NCBI GenBank assembly: GCA_049472335.1
Contig: JBLIRO010000053.1
Span: 1-33,956 of the forward strand
Length of the DNA stretch: 33,956 nt
Reading direction: 5' to 3'
Source: a bacterium
GTDB lineage: Bacteria > SZUA-182 > DTGQ01 > JAFGSM01
Each line of letters starts with the position of its first letter. Positions within the stretch are counted from its first letter, which is position 1. Below are positions 8,175 through 19,300 of this stretch, one piece after another. A program made the position numbers and the translations under genes. The notes under the pieces were generated by a model, which saw only the letters and a list, made by a program, of their open reading frames with translations, had not been told where the DNA came from and did no database searches.

Positions 8175-8890
8175 TCTATTGTTATAGACCCGGTATCAGA
8201 TTTATCAATAGTAGCGTTAAGCCCATAATAATAGGGAAAAGCCGTATAGGGATTGGGTGGATAAAATGGCGCATCAACTTCGATTTCAAATGTCTCACCT
8301 TTTATCAAACCTTTAGCTGAGCCATATCGAGAGATACCGGATGAATGCAAGTGCATGCGAAAATCACTATTGAAAGCCGTAAATCTCGAGCGAAAGTTAA
8401 CACGACTGGATGAAACGGCACTTTCGCCCGTCCATTTGATGTTAATGGTAACTTCCTCAGTAATTGGCTCTTCGTTGTTTTGATCCTCCCACTCTAAAGT
8501 TCCTTTACCCTCTGCAAAAGCACTGCGAAGGTTTTCTGAAATGCTAAAGCTGGTCAACTCGATTTGGGCGTAACCCCATTTTTCTTTATCATCACACCAG
8601 TTCCATATTTCTATATCAAGAAAACCCATAGGGCCGGTGGGCGGTGGATAGGACACATCGGACATATGTTTAACCATATATTCTGAAATCTGTAAAAAGA
8701 CGAAAATTTCTTCGCATTCCCCCTCAGTGTTATAATTAAGAGAGGCATTTTTTCCGGACACTATGTAATTCGTTTTATACACCTTGTTAGGATCTGGTGG
8801 ATCTGCTTCTGCCGTTACAGATCCTAACATGACAGCAATAAGGGCAAGGATTATTGTCACTTCTAACATAACAAAAAATTTCCGTTTCAT
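8153..8890 (-). CDS. Secreted hypothetical protein (245 aa)
   Basis: MKRK plus hydrophobic stretch and AEA cleavage motif; purine-rich RBS; beta-rich looking body. Confidence 0.85.
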   Translation of the reverse strand: MKRKFFVMLEVTIILALIAVMLGSVTAEADPPDPNKVYKTNYIVSGKNASLNYNTEGECEEIFVFLQISEYMVKHMSDVSYPPPTGPMGFLDIEIWNWCDDKEKWGYAQIELTSFSISENLRSAFAEGKGTLEWEDQNNEEPITEEVTINIKWTGESAVSSSRVNFRSRFTAFNSDFRMHLHSSGISRYGSAKGLIKGETFEIEVDAPFYPPNPYTAFPYYYGLNATIDKSDTGSITIEKRLKQK

Positions 8891-9071
8891 GGTCTTTCCC
8901 CTTTAATTTTAGGTTTCGGTATTTACCTTTCAAATCATTGTTTATGATTATACCCATCCCTCCTCTTTAAAAGACTTTATTTAAAAAATGAACTAACCAT
9001 TTTTTCCAATGATCATTGACCACCCCCTTTCCTCCAATCTAATTTTTAAATATATGTATTCTACCAAGTTA

Positions 9072-9490
9072 TTAAAACAGAACCCGGCTTCTGATATAGA
9101 TCGTTCCATCTGCGGCTATTGCAGGAGAGGATTCAATCTCGCCTCCGGGCTCAAAGCCCCATTTCAGGCTGCCATTTGGGTGAAGGGCATAGACATTTTT
9201 GTCCCTGCTTCCAGCATAGATCGCGCCGTCGATCCAATAGCCGGAGAGGTATAAAAGCCGCCCCCTGTTAGATATGACCACTTCAGGGTACTGGTCTGGG
9301 GACCAAGATAAGGACTCCGGTTTGTACGCCTTGAATCATGGCCCTCGCAAGGCCAGGCGGTATCAGCCAGTCCGCTGGTTTCCGTGACATCAGCGTATAC
9401 TTTTGAGCAAAAGGATTTATCAAAAAAGAAAGTAAAGAGAAAAAGAAAGGTAAAAAGGATATTCAGAATGACAAAATTCCTTCTTTTCAT
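9072..9490 (-). pseudogene. Internally deleted, frameshifted copy of the beta-propeller gene
   Basis: ~9203-9525 matches ~7460-7783 and ~9084-9212 matches ~4636-4766, joined at CCCTGCTTCC; 1-nt deletion near 9233; truncated near 9084. Confidence 0.88.
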
Positions 9491-9696
9491 TCCAGCCTCC
9501 TTTGAGGAAAAGGATGTGGATTGATGAAGCCTCAAATTAAGAACGTAAATCCCTATGAAGCTTTAATATTTATAATATACCATATAAGTCAATTCCCCCC
9601 CCCAAACGGAGTGGATCTAAAAGTAAGAATATATAAAAATATTCGTCTTGCTATTTAGAATTAATGTGTCAATCTCTCAAAAGGGAGGGATAAAAA

Positions 9697-12216
9697 ATGA
9701 GAACCTTCACTCAATTCCTGTTTCCTTCCAAAAAGGCCGGCAATCCTAATATATCCTGTCCCGGCCTTCTTCTTGCCTTTATATTGATCGTGCTAGTCAC
9801 CATATCCTTTTTCGCCCCGTCCCATGCGCAGCAGCTCATTTTGAATATTGAAGATAATTTTATTTTTTACCCTTTAATCCTTATGAATAATAGAAATCCT
9901 TCCGATTACCTCCTGAACCTAAATTATAATTACTGGATTCCTCCGTATCTAAATAATATATCTAACCTTCCCGCGTTTTATCCCGTCAGGTATCTCTATC
10001 CTGAATACCTGTTTTTAAGTAATCCATGGGGTTTTTACCATAGGACGCTTTTCCTGCCCCCTTTTATTTATAGAGGCAGCGAATACGAACCGGAATACTC
10101 ATGGTTTCTTCCCTTTACCCAATATGTAATTGATAATGGAGATGTTAAATCAGGTATCGAAATATTTATGGAAAAGTATAATCTTGCTCTCAATGAAGCC
10201 GCAAATCTGGCCCCTCAGGACCTTGTTCTGAAGTTTCCTGAGGGCGGCTATATAACGGACCTTGGATTAAAGACTTCGGAAGCCAATTTTTACAATCTGG
10301 TGAAACAGGAAACGGGCCTGACGCTCTCCGAGGAAGAACGGATCAATGAAAACGGCTTTGTGGTTAGTAAACGGATAAATTATAAATCTTTTGGCGACGC
10401 ATATCTCGATTTCTTTTATAAGGACCTGCCCGTCTTTATATCAACGGATTCAATCCTTCAAGCCCTTCATAAATCCTACGATCTAATCCTGGCAGATATA
10501 GAACAACAATTCCTTATGGATAATCTGGAGTCCATCCTTTCCAAGGCACAGGCTGCGTTACCCCAGATCATCCCTGAACCTGCAGGGATCTTGGCCGATG
10601 CCTATCACGATCTGAATGTCTTTTATACCGTAGCCAGAAAGCTGCTGGGCAGGCACCCCACCTATTATTTGCCTTTTTTGGGAGATACGGAGGTTCAGGC
10701 CTTTCTGAGCCATATCAACCAGCTCTCATTCGAATGGGTGGACATCTTCGGTGAACCGAGAAAGATCGATTTCAGCCAGTTTAAGCCAAGGGGACATTAC
10801 ACAAGGTCTGAAGAGTTCAAGAGCTATTTCAAGGCCATGATTTGGCTTGGCCGGATTGATTTCAGGGTGGAAGATCCAAGACAGCTTCTGGATGCCTATC
10901 TGGTATGGAGAAGTGTGGAAGAAGGAGGAGCGCGCGCTGAATGGGATGACATGGATAAGATAATCGGGCTTATGGTCGGAGAACCCGATGCATTGAATCT
11001 GACAGGCATTGCCATGCTCATGGAAGAGGCCGGTGTGAAAGGCCCGGAAGATCTGCTGGATGAAGAGATCCAAAGCAGGGTCCTTTCCATAATGGAAAAG
11101 AAGGGATATGGCGAGCAAAGGATCTGTTCCCATTACCTGGAAAGCGATCCCATGGATCCTAAGGTGGCCGAGATGCCGAAATCATTTACATTTATGGGTC
11201 AAAGATTTACCGTTGACAGCCATGTATTCTCCAATGTGGTTTTTGACCGGATAGTTGTGGATGGTGTAAAGATTGAACGGATGTTACCTGACCCGCTCGA
11301 CGCCATGTTCGTACTGGGTAATAACAGGGCGCTTCACTATCTCCAGGATGAATTAACCACCTGGCAATATCAGGGGAATCTGTATATCCTGCGTTATTTA
11401 TTGGACCAGTATAACAGGGAATTTTGGGAGTCGAATATGTATAATTGCTGGCTCGATGCGCTTAGGAGCCTTTCAGGGCCATTCGAAGGTGAAGAAATTC
11501 CACGGACTTTATGTACTCCTGCTTACCGGGACAAACTCCTTCACACTCAACTTGCTTCCTGGGCGGAGCTTCGGCATGACACGATCCTATATGTAAAGCA
11601 ATCATATACGGGCTTTCCTATTTGCGACTACCCGGATGGATATGTCGAACCGGTTCCCGTTTTTTACAAAAAGCTGAAAGACTTTTCTAATAAGGCAAAG
11701 GAAATCTTTGATAATATAAATATACCCGACTCGTTTAAATCAAGATATACCTCACACTTCGAAGGATTTGCCGATACCATGGAAATGCTGGAGACAATTG
11801 CACAAAAGCAGATCGATGGTCAGCCCAGAATGGAAGAGGAAACTCAATTCATCAAAGACACAATAATTGAGAAAGATCGAGATGTTATCTGTGCCATAAT
11901 AACCTATCATGACGGATGGTATCCCAAGCTTTTCTATGGGAATCATGAGCAATGCATGAGGCCTGACTTCATTGTGGCCGATGTTCACACAAATCCTGCA
12001 GATGCACAGGTGCTGCATGTGGGCGTGGGAAAGGTCAATGTAATCTATTTTATTACTGAAACATGTAGTGGACCTACAATATATGTCGGACCGGTATTCT
12101 CATATTATGAGCGGACCGAAGGGGGAATGAAAAGGCTCGATGATGAAGATTGGGCAGATTTGGTAAATGGGGGAAGTCTTACCGCACCTGAATGGACCAA
12201 ATCCTTTTTGTTGTGA
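9697..12216 (+). CDS. DUF3160 domain-containing secreted protein (839 aa)
   Basis: DFSQFKPRGHYT, YFKAMIWLGR, LASWAELRHDTILYVKQSY, GYVEP, VADVHT and GPVFSYYE motifs; signal peptide; GGAGG RBS. Confidence 0.9.
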   Translation: MRTFTQFLFPSKKAGNPNISCPGLLLAFILIVLVTISFFAPSHAQQLILNIEDNFIFYPLILMNNRNPSDYLLNLNYNYWIPPYLNNISNLPAFYPVRYLYPEYLFLSNPWGFYHRTLFLPPFIYRGSEYEPEYSWFLPFTQYVIDNGDVKSGIEIFMEKYNLALNEAANLAPQDLVLKFPEGGYITDLGLKTSEANFYNLVKQETGLTLSEEERINENGFVVSKRINYKSFGDAYLDFFYKDLPVFISTDSILQALHKSYDLILADIEQQFLMDNLESILSKAQAALPQIIPEPAGILADAYHDLNVFYTVARKLLGRHPTYYLPFLGDTEVQAFLSHINQLSFEWVDIFGEPRKIDFSQFKPRGHYTRSEEFKSYFKAMIWLGRIDFRVEDPRQLLDAYLVWRSVEEGGARAEWDDMDKIIGLMVGEPDALNLTGIAMLMEEAGVKGPEDLLDEEIQSRVLSIMEKKGYGEQRICSHYLESDPMDPKVAEMPKSFTFMGQRFTVDSHVFSNVVFDRIVVDGVKIERMLPDPLDAMFVLGNNRALHYLQDELTTWQYQGNLYILRYLLDQYNREFWESNMYNCWLDALRSLSGPFEGEEIPRTLCTPAYRDKLLHTQLASWAELRHDTILYVKQSYTGFPICDYPDGYVEPVPVFYKKLKDFSNKAKEIFDNINIPDSFKSRYTSHFEGFADTMEMLETIAQKQIDGQPRMEEETQFIKDTIIEKDRDVICAIITYHDGWYPKLFYGNHEQCMRPDFIVADVHTNPADAQVLHVGVGKVNVIYFITETCSGPTIYVGPVFSYYERTEGGMKRLDDEDWADLVNGGSLTAPEWTKSFLL

Positions 12217-12267
12217 TTTGTTCCTTTATAATGGGGATCATAATAGAAGCGGCAAAGCTGATCCACC
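12202..12267. repeat. 66-bp direct repeat, left copy
   Basis: 63/66 identical to 27649-27714; spans the DUF3160 stop and an orphan copy of the nfi 3' end. Confidence 0.95.
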
Positions 12268-12728
12268 CAATAACCAATTACAGAAGAAGAGCCAGGCATA
12301 AAGTATGTAGCAATATCCACAAATCGGACAGAATCTGCTGAAATTGAAGGCCCTGGATAAATCATGGCATAGGCACCAAGTGCAAACCATACGATGGCGG
12401 CTTTATCAGATCGCAGGGAAAATTGTATATCAGCCGAATGAAATATCTTTAAAACTTAATAGACTTTTTGTAATCTCTTTAAGGATATTCGCCTTAAGAA
12501 TATGGGAGTTTGCCAATACGTAATTTTTATGGATCTTTGCATTAGCTTAATTAAAAGCATGGACATGTCTGTCTGAGAATAGGACTAAGAGGCCCTATTA
12601 CGCCTTAAAAATAAAAAATGACTCAATTTTGGAATTTTTTCCTGATTTCAAGCTAAATTTTTAGGGTTTAAATCAGAAAAATATCGGCCTCGATAAATCG
12701 ATCGCGGATTTTGGGGGATATATGCTTA

Positions 12729-12758
12729 TTGACAAAATCGATATCTTGTGTATATATT
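12729..12758 (+). promoter_or_regulatory. Candidate sigma70 promoter upstream of the giant Rhs gene
   Basis: TTGACA-N18-TATATT, about 560 nt before the ATG. Confidence 0.4.
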
Positions 12759-12946
12759 AATTCTAGAATCCTAAGTTCTTAGTGTACATGTAAAAAGTAA
12801 TCTTATTCACATAAGACAAATAGTATTTACTACATAGGCTAAAGATTTTTTAAATCTTTTTAAATACATAAAAGTGTTCTTTGAAAAGCAAGATTATGTG
12901 TTACCTGCATAAGCAAGCGAATTAAGCGGTAGGACGAAACTGTTTT

Positions 12947-13162
12947 TCACATACAAGGGCTATTCGGATCGTAGTAGCCCGGAATATATTCACAACCAAT
13001 ATCCTTAAGGTAGCGGAATATCTCAAAGCTTCCAATTCCCTTATTATGAGGTATTAAACCCCTTTTTCCTATCAAATTATGAGTTGATTGCTTCAATTCC
13101 TGATCGCCATCTGTCGCGCTCTTTAAATTCCTCAGCCTCATCATATACCTTTTGTTGATCAA
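12947..13162 (-). pseudogene. Possible degenerate EAL-domain C-terminal fragment
   Basis: KGIGSFEIFRYLKDIGCEYIPGYY resembles EGVETxEQxxFLxxxGCDYIQGYY; short and diverged. Confidence 0.3.
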
Positions 13163-13320
13163 TTCTCAGTTCTTTTTCTCCCTATAACACAGTTAGTGAA
13201 ACTATTACATGTTTCTATAATTTTCATATGACTCCTTCAATGACCTTTTACGAGCTTGTCAAATTTAGGGCCTAAGATTATTTAAATTAAATATTAATTA
13301 AATAGATTTAGGAGGGACAG

Positions 13321-16300
13321 ATGAGTATGAGGGGTATTAGTTTTTTTAAGGGAAGCCATTTTTGTAAGGTAGTAGTATGTTTGATTTGTTATATTTTCAT
13401 GGTGCAATCCTGTGTGTGGATGATGCCCCTTCCTTCTTCAAGGTATTATCCCATAGGACCTCTGTCTTCTGTAGAAAAAAATCAAAGGATACTCTCAGAC
13501 CTTGCAGATGCATTTCGTAGCGCCATAGATCTTTTTCTTCCTTCAAAAGCGTATGCAGCCCCTCCAGTTGCTGATGCCGGGGGGCCTTATGAAGCACTGG
13601 AAGGATCTTGGCACCCCATTACCTTTGACGGCAGCGGCTCAACTGCTGATGAAGGAATTGCAGAATATCATTGGGATTTTGGAGAATATAACTATACCTT
13701 TGATGGGACCCAAATCAATGATGATCTTTGGGTCGCATCCTCCCAGGTTACACAAAATGATGAGATTGTCATAACCGGGGCCAACAATTGGGGATCAACG
13801 TATTTCTTCAGCAAATATACCTACCAGCGGGATTCTATTCTGGAGGCCTCAATAAAGACACCGAGTGAAAGCACTCAATACTTAATGGTGGGGTTTAAGC
13901 AAGATAATGAAACCTACCATTATAATCAAATGACCTATGCCATTTATTTTAACAGTGGAGCTTTCTATATCTATGAAGATGGAAGCAATCGCGGATGGAC
14001 GGGATATTATTATACCAGTGGGCAGGAATATGAAGTGCGTATAGAGTTAAAGAAGGATATGGGTGCTCTTTATTATTTTCGGGAGAAGGGAACAACAGAA
14101 TGGATCCTTTTATATAATAGCAACTATAGTTCACTTTCTCCATTGAAGGTAGGTTGCGATGTCTACTATGCAAATTTTTCCGTAGATGATATCAAACTCA
14201 TTAGTCATGCATATGGCCCTATTGTCACTATCCCTATCTTTTCTAATCAAATAGTTACCTTGACCGTTACTGACAACATCGGCCAATCAGCAAGTGATAC
14301 AACCACTGTCTCCGTTCAGATCGTAACAGGCGCCCCTCCGGTTGCCAATCCTGGCGGGCCGTATACATTTGGTGAGGCATTTGCTAATTGTAACAGATGG
14401 ACTGTGCCCCTTGATGGAACAGGATCTACAGATGATTATCAAATCCGGACCTATCAGTGGTCATATGGGGATTATACACATACCTTTGATGGGACAGAAA
14501 TCAATAATAATTTATGGATTGCTCCCTTACAGGTTACACAAAATAACGAGATTATCATAACAGGTGCCAGTGGCTGGGGGACCCGGTATTTCTTCAGCAA
14601 ACATCCCTACCAACGGGACTCTATCCTGGAGGTCCTCATAAAGACACCCAGCCCAAGCTATCAGAATTTAATGGTGGGTTTTAAAAGGGATAATGAAAAC
14701 TACCATTATAATCAGATGACTTATGCAATCTATTTTGCAAGTGGATCTATTTATATCTACGAAGATGGAGGCAATCGGGGGGGCATTACGTCATATACCC
14801 AGGGGGAGGAATATGAGGTTCGCATAGAATTAAAAAGAGATGCTGGTGCCCTTTATTATTTTAGAGAAAATGGGGCATCAGAATGGAGTTTATTATACGA
14901 TAGCGTCTATAGCACCTTGTCTTCCTTTAGGGTAGGAGCAGATGTCTATTCGGACAGTTTTGCATTAGATAATCTAAAGGTGACGAGTCATGCCTATGGT
15001 CCTACCCCCACGATCTCCATTTATGCAGATCAAACCATCTCCCTAACCGTAGATGACTATGCTGGCCAAACCGCAACTGGCACAACCTCAGTAGCCCTTT
15101 TAGGAGATGCGCTTCCGGTGGCAGATCCTGGCGGACCCTATACCTTTGATGAGGAAGTGGCAAGCGGGGGGCAATGGAGCGCTTTGGTGAACGGATCTTC
15201 CTCCACTGATGATCACGGCATATGCACCTATGAATGGGATTTTGGAGACGGGGGAACAGGCACAGGGATTTCGCCCATCCACCAATACAGCAAAACCGGA
15301 ACCTATACCCTCTCCCTCACTGTAACTGATCATGCAGGGCAGACCCATACTTCAGGGACCACCTTGACTATCCTTGATAATGACGACCCGGCACCCTCCA
15401 TTGCCGCTCCTGAAGCAGTAGGGGAAGAAAACGCAAGCCTTGGCTGCTGGAGTGTCGATTTTGATGCAAGCGGATCTACAGATGATTTCGGTATCTGGCG
15501 CTATGAGTGGGATTTTGGCGATGGAAGCACTGGCACAGGTCAAAACATTACTCATTCCTATTGTGCCGCAGGGACTTATACGGTTACCTTGACCGTTTAT
15601 GATCATGCAGAACAATCGGTCTCAACCACTACTACAATCCACGTGCAGCCCGGGGGCCTTCCAGTTTCCGATGCAGGAGGGCCCTATGGACCCATAGAAA
15701 GCGGACAACCGGTTACCTTTGACGGCACTGGCTCCACAGATGACTTTGGGATCACAGAATATTTTTGGGACTTTGGAGAATTTATCCATACATTTGACGG
15801 AACACAAATAAATTATGCCCAATGGGCTGCACCTTCTCAGGTCATCCAGGACAATGAGATCATACTGACAGGAGCCGAAAACTGGGGAACCCGCTATTTC
15901 TTTAGCAGGCATCCATATCCTCGGGGCTCTATATTAGAGGCCGTTATAAAAACACCGGATACAAGCACCCAATACTTGATGGTTGGATTTAAGAGAGATA
16001 ATGCAATTGGTCATTATGATCAAATGCCTTATGCCATCTATTTTATTAATGGATCCATCTATATTTATGAAGATGGAGACAATCGCGGGTACTGTACATA
16101 TTATACCCGTGGGCTGGAATATGAAGTGCGCATAGAACTAAAGAAGGATGCGGGCGCCCTTTATTATTTTCGAGAAAGAGGGGTAACGGATTGGACCTTA
16201 ATATACAATAGCAATTACGGTAATTTAAACTCATTAAGGATTGGAGTGGATGTCCATACAGGGAGCTTTGCTGTCGATGATATCAAACTCATCAATCATG

Positions 16301-19300
16301 CCTATGGTCCCACCCCTACTGTTCACATCTTTCAAGATCAGACAGTGATCCTGACCGTCACTGATAATGCCGGCCAAACAGACAGCGATACTCCGGATAT
16401 TGATATTGACATTGGTGCTCCGCCACAAGCAGAGATTGCTGCACCGGATCATCTGGATTTGGGCATAGAAGGCATCTTTGACGCCTCTTCATCCACAGAT
16501 GATTATGGAATTGGAGCCTATTTGTGGGATTTTGGAGATGGGGACACCGCTGACGGCAAAATTGTATATCATTTCTACTCATCAGTAGGTACCCATACAG
16601 TAACCTTAAAGATCTATGATTATGCCGGCCAGTTTGATATAGCCACAAAAACGGTCGAGGTATCAGGTGAGAATCTCGTAGTTTGTGTGCCATGGCAGAT
16701 CGTTGGCGGGGTAAAGATACCTCATGATACCTGGAGTGGAAATGAGGCTGTACTTAAGGCCGTGGCAAAATGCGCCACTGTCCCGATTGAATATACCTGG
16801 GATTTCGGGGATGGAACCAGTGAGTCAGGAACCATTACCAATGCTTCCGATCGATTTACAATTGAAGCCCGCCATATTTACACAGGCTCCGATGGAGAGC
16901 CATTTATAGCCACCGTTACCATCACAGATGACAGAGGGGTCACTGCCAGTGATACATACCAACTGATCATTCGTCCCAAGACGCTTGAGATTGAGGAGAA
17001 TGTTGCCATTGATAACGGCCTGTGGTGGCTTTATAAAAATCAGATTCGGGACACATGGCCTGCCGGGACCTATGAGGGTGCACCTATGGAATACAGTTAT
17101 TGGACCGGTTATGGATCTTATGTGTCTCAAACAGCCTCTGTGGTTCAAGCATTTTTGATCAATGGCCATATGGAGACAGGGGATCCCATAGAGGACCCCT
17201 ATGTAGAGACTGTTCGCAGAGGGATGCGTTATGTTTTTACAATATTAAATCATGTTAATATCGGCCCTCAAACCTATGGTGATCCAGATACCAATGGCAA
17301 TGGCATTGGATTAGAGGTGAGTGATGGTTATCCTATCTACCAAGGCGGAATGGTCATGGATGTCATAGCCGCCGCCGGAACACCTGATGCAATTGCCCAA
17401 ACAGGAGGGATCAATGTGTGCGGCCGCACCTACCGGGACATACTCACTGATATGGTGGATATGTATGCATGGGGACAGGATGACTATCCATCGACCGGAG
17501 GCTGGCGTTATAACTGGAATTCGTCGCCGGATAATTCTGCATCTCAATGGGGAGCCATTGGGCTTCTTGCTGCAGAGGAGATATTCGGGATTACTATTCC
17601 ACAATGGGTGAAAGAGCGTAATGATGTATGGCTTAATTCAAGTTATAACGGAACGGGTTTTGGGTATACGGGAAGCGGAAATGGAGTGGCCACAACCCCT
17701 TCCGGTATGATCCAATTGGCATTTTGTGATAAAACCACCTCGGATAGCCGTTGGCAAACGTCAGAAGACTGGATAGCAAATAACTGGACATTGTGGCTAA
17801 ATCAAAATAATATCTATGCCTATTATGCCTTCACCAAGGCAATGCGGACGGCACAACCTCAAGAGATTGTTATTTTAAGTGCTACAGGATTTGACTGGTT
17901 TAATGATGAGCATCAGGGACTAGCCCGTTATCTTATGGATTTGCAGCAAACGGATTTAGGCTGGCCGAATTTAAATTTTGCAGAGGGCGGCTTCCTGATT
18001 GGAAGAACCTTCTCCACAGCCTGGTCAATCATCATCTTAACCAGGACCTTATTTGTAAAGCCCCCTGTGGCCCTTATCCATGCCTCACCCAACCCGGGAG
18101 CAGTTGGCCAGGAGATTCGGTTTGATGCATCTGCATCCTACCATCTGGATCCCTACCGAAATATTGTTGCCTACCAGTGGGATTTTGACGTATCAGACGG
18201 CCTTGACTGGGAATACCCGGATGCAACCGGCCGGGTTACCACCCATACATATGGAGAATTAGGGGATTATACAGTCACCCTCCGGGTGTTGGATGACAAT
18301 GTCCCTGAACGAATGGACACCGATATTGTCATAATAAGCATTACAATCCCGCCCCATCCTCCCACAGCAAATGCAGATGGTCCCTATATTACCGTCACAG
18401 GGGAATCAGTTACCCTGGATGGCAGCGGATCCTATGATATTAATGAGCCGGAAGGGGACAGCATCACTGCATATGGGTGGGAAATAGACATGATTGCACC
18501 CAGGGATTTTGAAGATGCAGCAGGTGTCAGTCCCACCGTTTCCGGTTATGATACAGCAGGCACCTATCCCATTGGGCTAAGGGTTACCGACAACACAGAA
18601 GATGCCTTTCCCTCATCAGGCTCGCCCAATCTTACAGATGAGGACTTTACAGAGGTCATTGTCTACAATCGTTGTATTAACGATCTTTATGTCCGGCCCA
18701 AAGGCACCAAGGCTTCCCTGGTCTGGACGCATATTGGGGTGGATGAATATAAAATATACCGGTCCGAAAGAGGTCCCAATATCGGGATGGCGCTTATTGG
18801 AACAACCAGCTCCACATACAGCACCTTTATGGATTACAATGTGGAGTTATACAAAGATTACTGGTATCGCGTCCAGGTGGAAAATGATAACCAGATCTGC
18901 ATGTCCCATGCCTATCATATCAATTCACAAGGCCGGATCCGAAACAGGCCCCCGGAGATTACCTCAATTCCGCCATTAACCATCCAGGAAGACCAGTTAT
19001 ATTCCTATGATGTGAACGCCGAAGATCCGGATGGTCATGGAATTACATATATACTAGATCAAGCCCCGGATGGCATGAGCATAGACGAGACCACAGGCCT
19101 TATTGAATGGACCCCTGTATTCTCCCAGATGGGGCCAAATGATGTCACTATAAGGGCCATGGATGAGCTAAGGGCTTCTTCAACCCAATTTTTTACTATT
19201 ATAGTTTCACCCCGGCCCAATGAACCTCCTGTAGCAGATCCCGATGGCCCATATTCAGGCTTAAGGGACCAGGAGATTACATTTGACGGCTCAGGCTCCT

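Noticed and set aside
8031..8300. DGR template/variable repeat pair
   Set aside because: Differences are not adenine-specific, include indels, and no reverse transcriptase is present.
9595..9603. C9 tract as a phase-variation switch
   Set aside because: Intergenic, and I could not place it within a convincing promoter.
12105..12365. 86-aa ORF containing VDQLCRFYYD
   Set aside because: By-product of the duplicated nfi 3' end whose stop has mutated; it overlaps DUF3160 antisense.
12923..12936. ops/JUMPstart-like AGCGGTAG upstream of the giant gene
   Set aside because: Only a partial match, with no supporting context.
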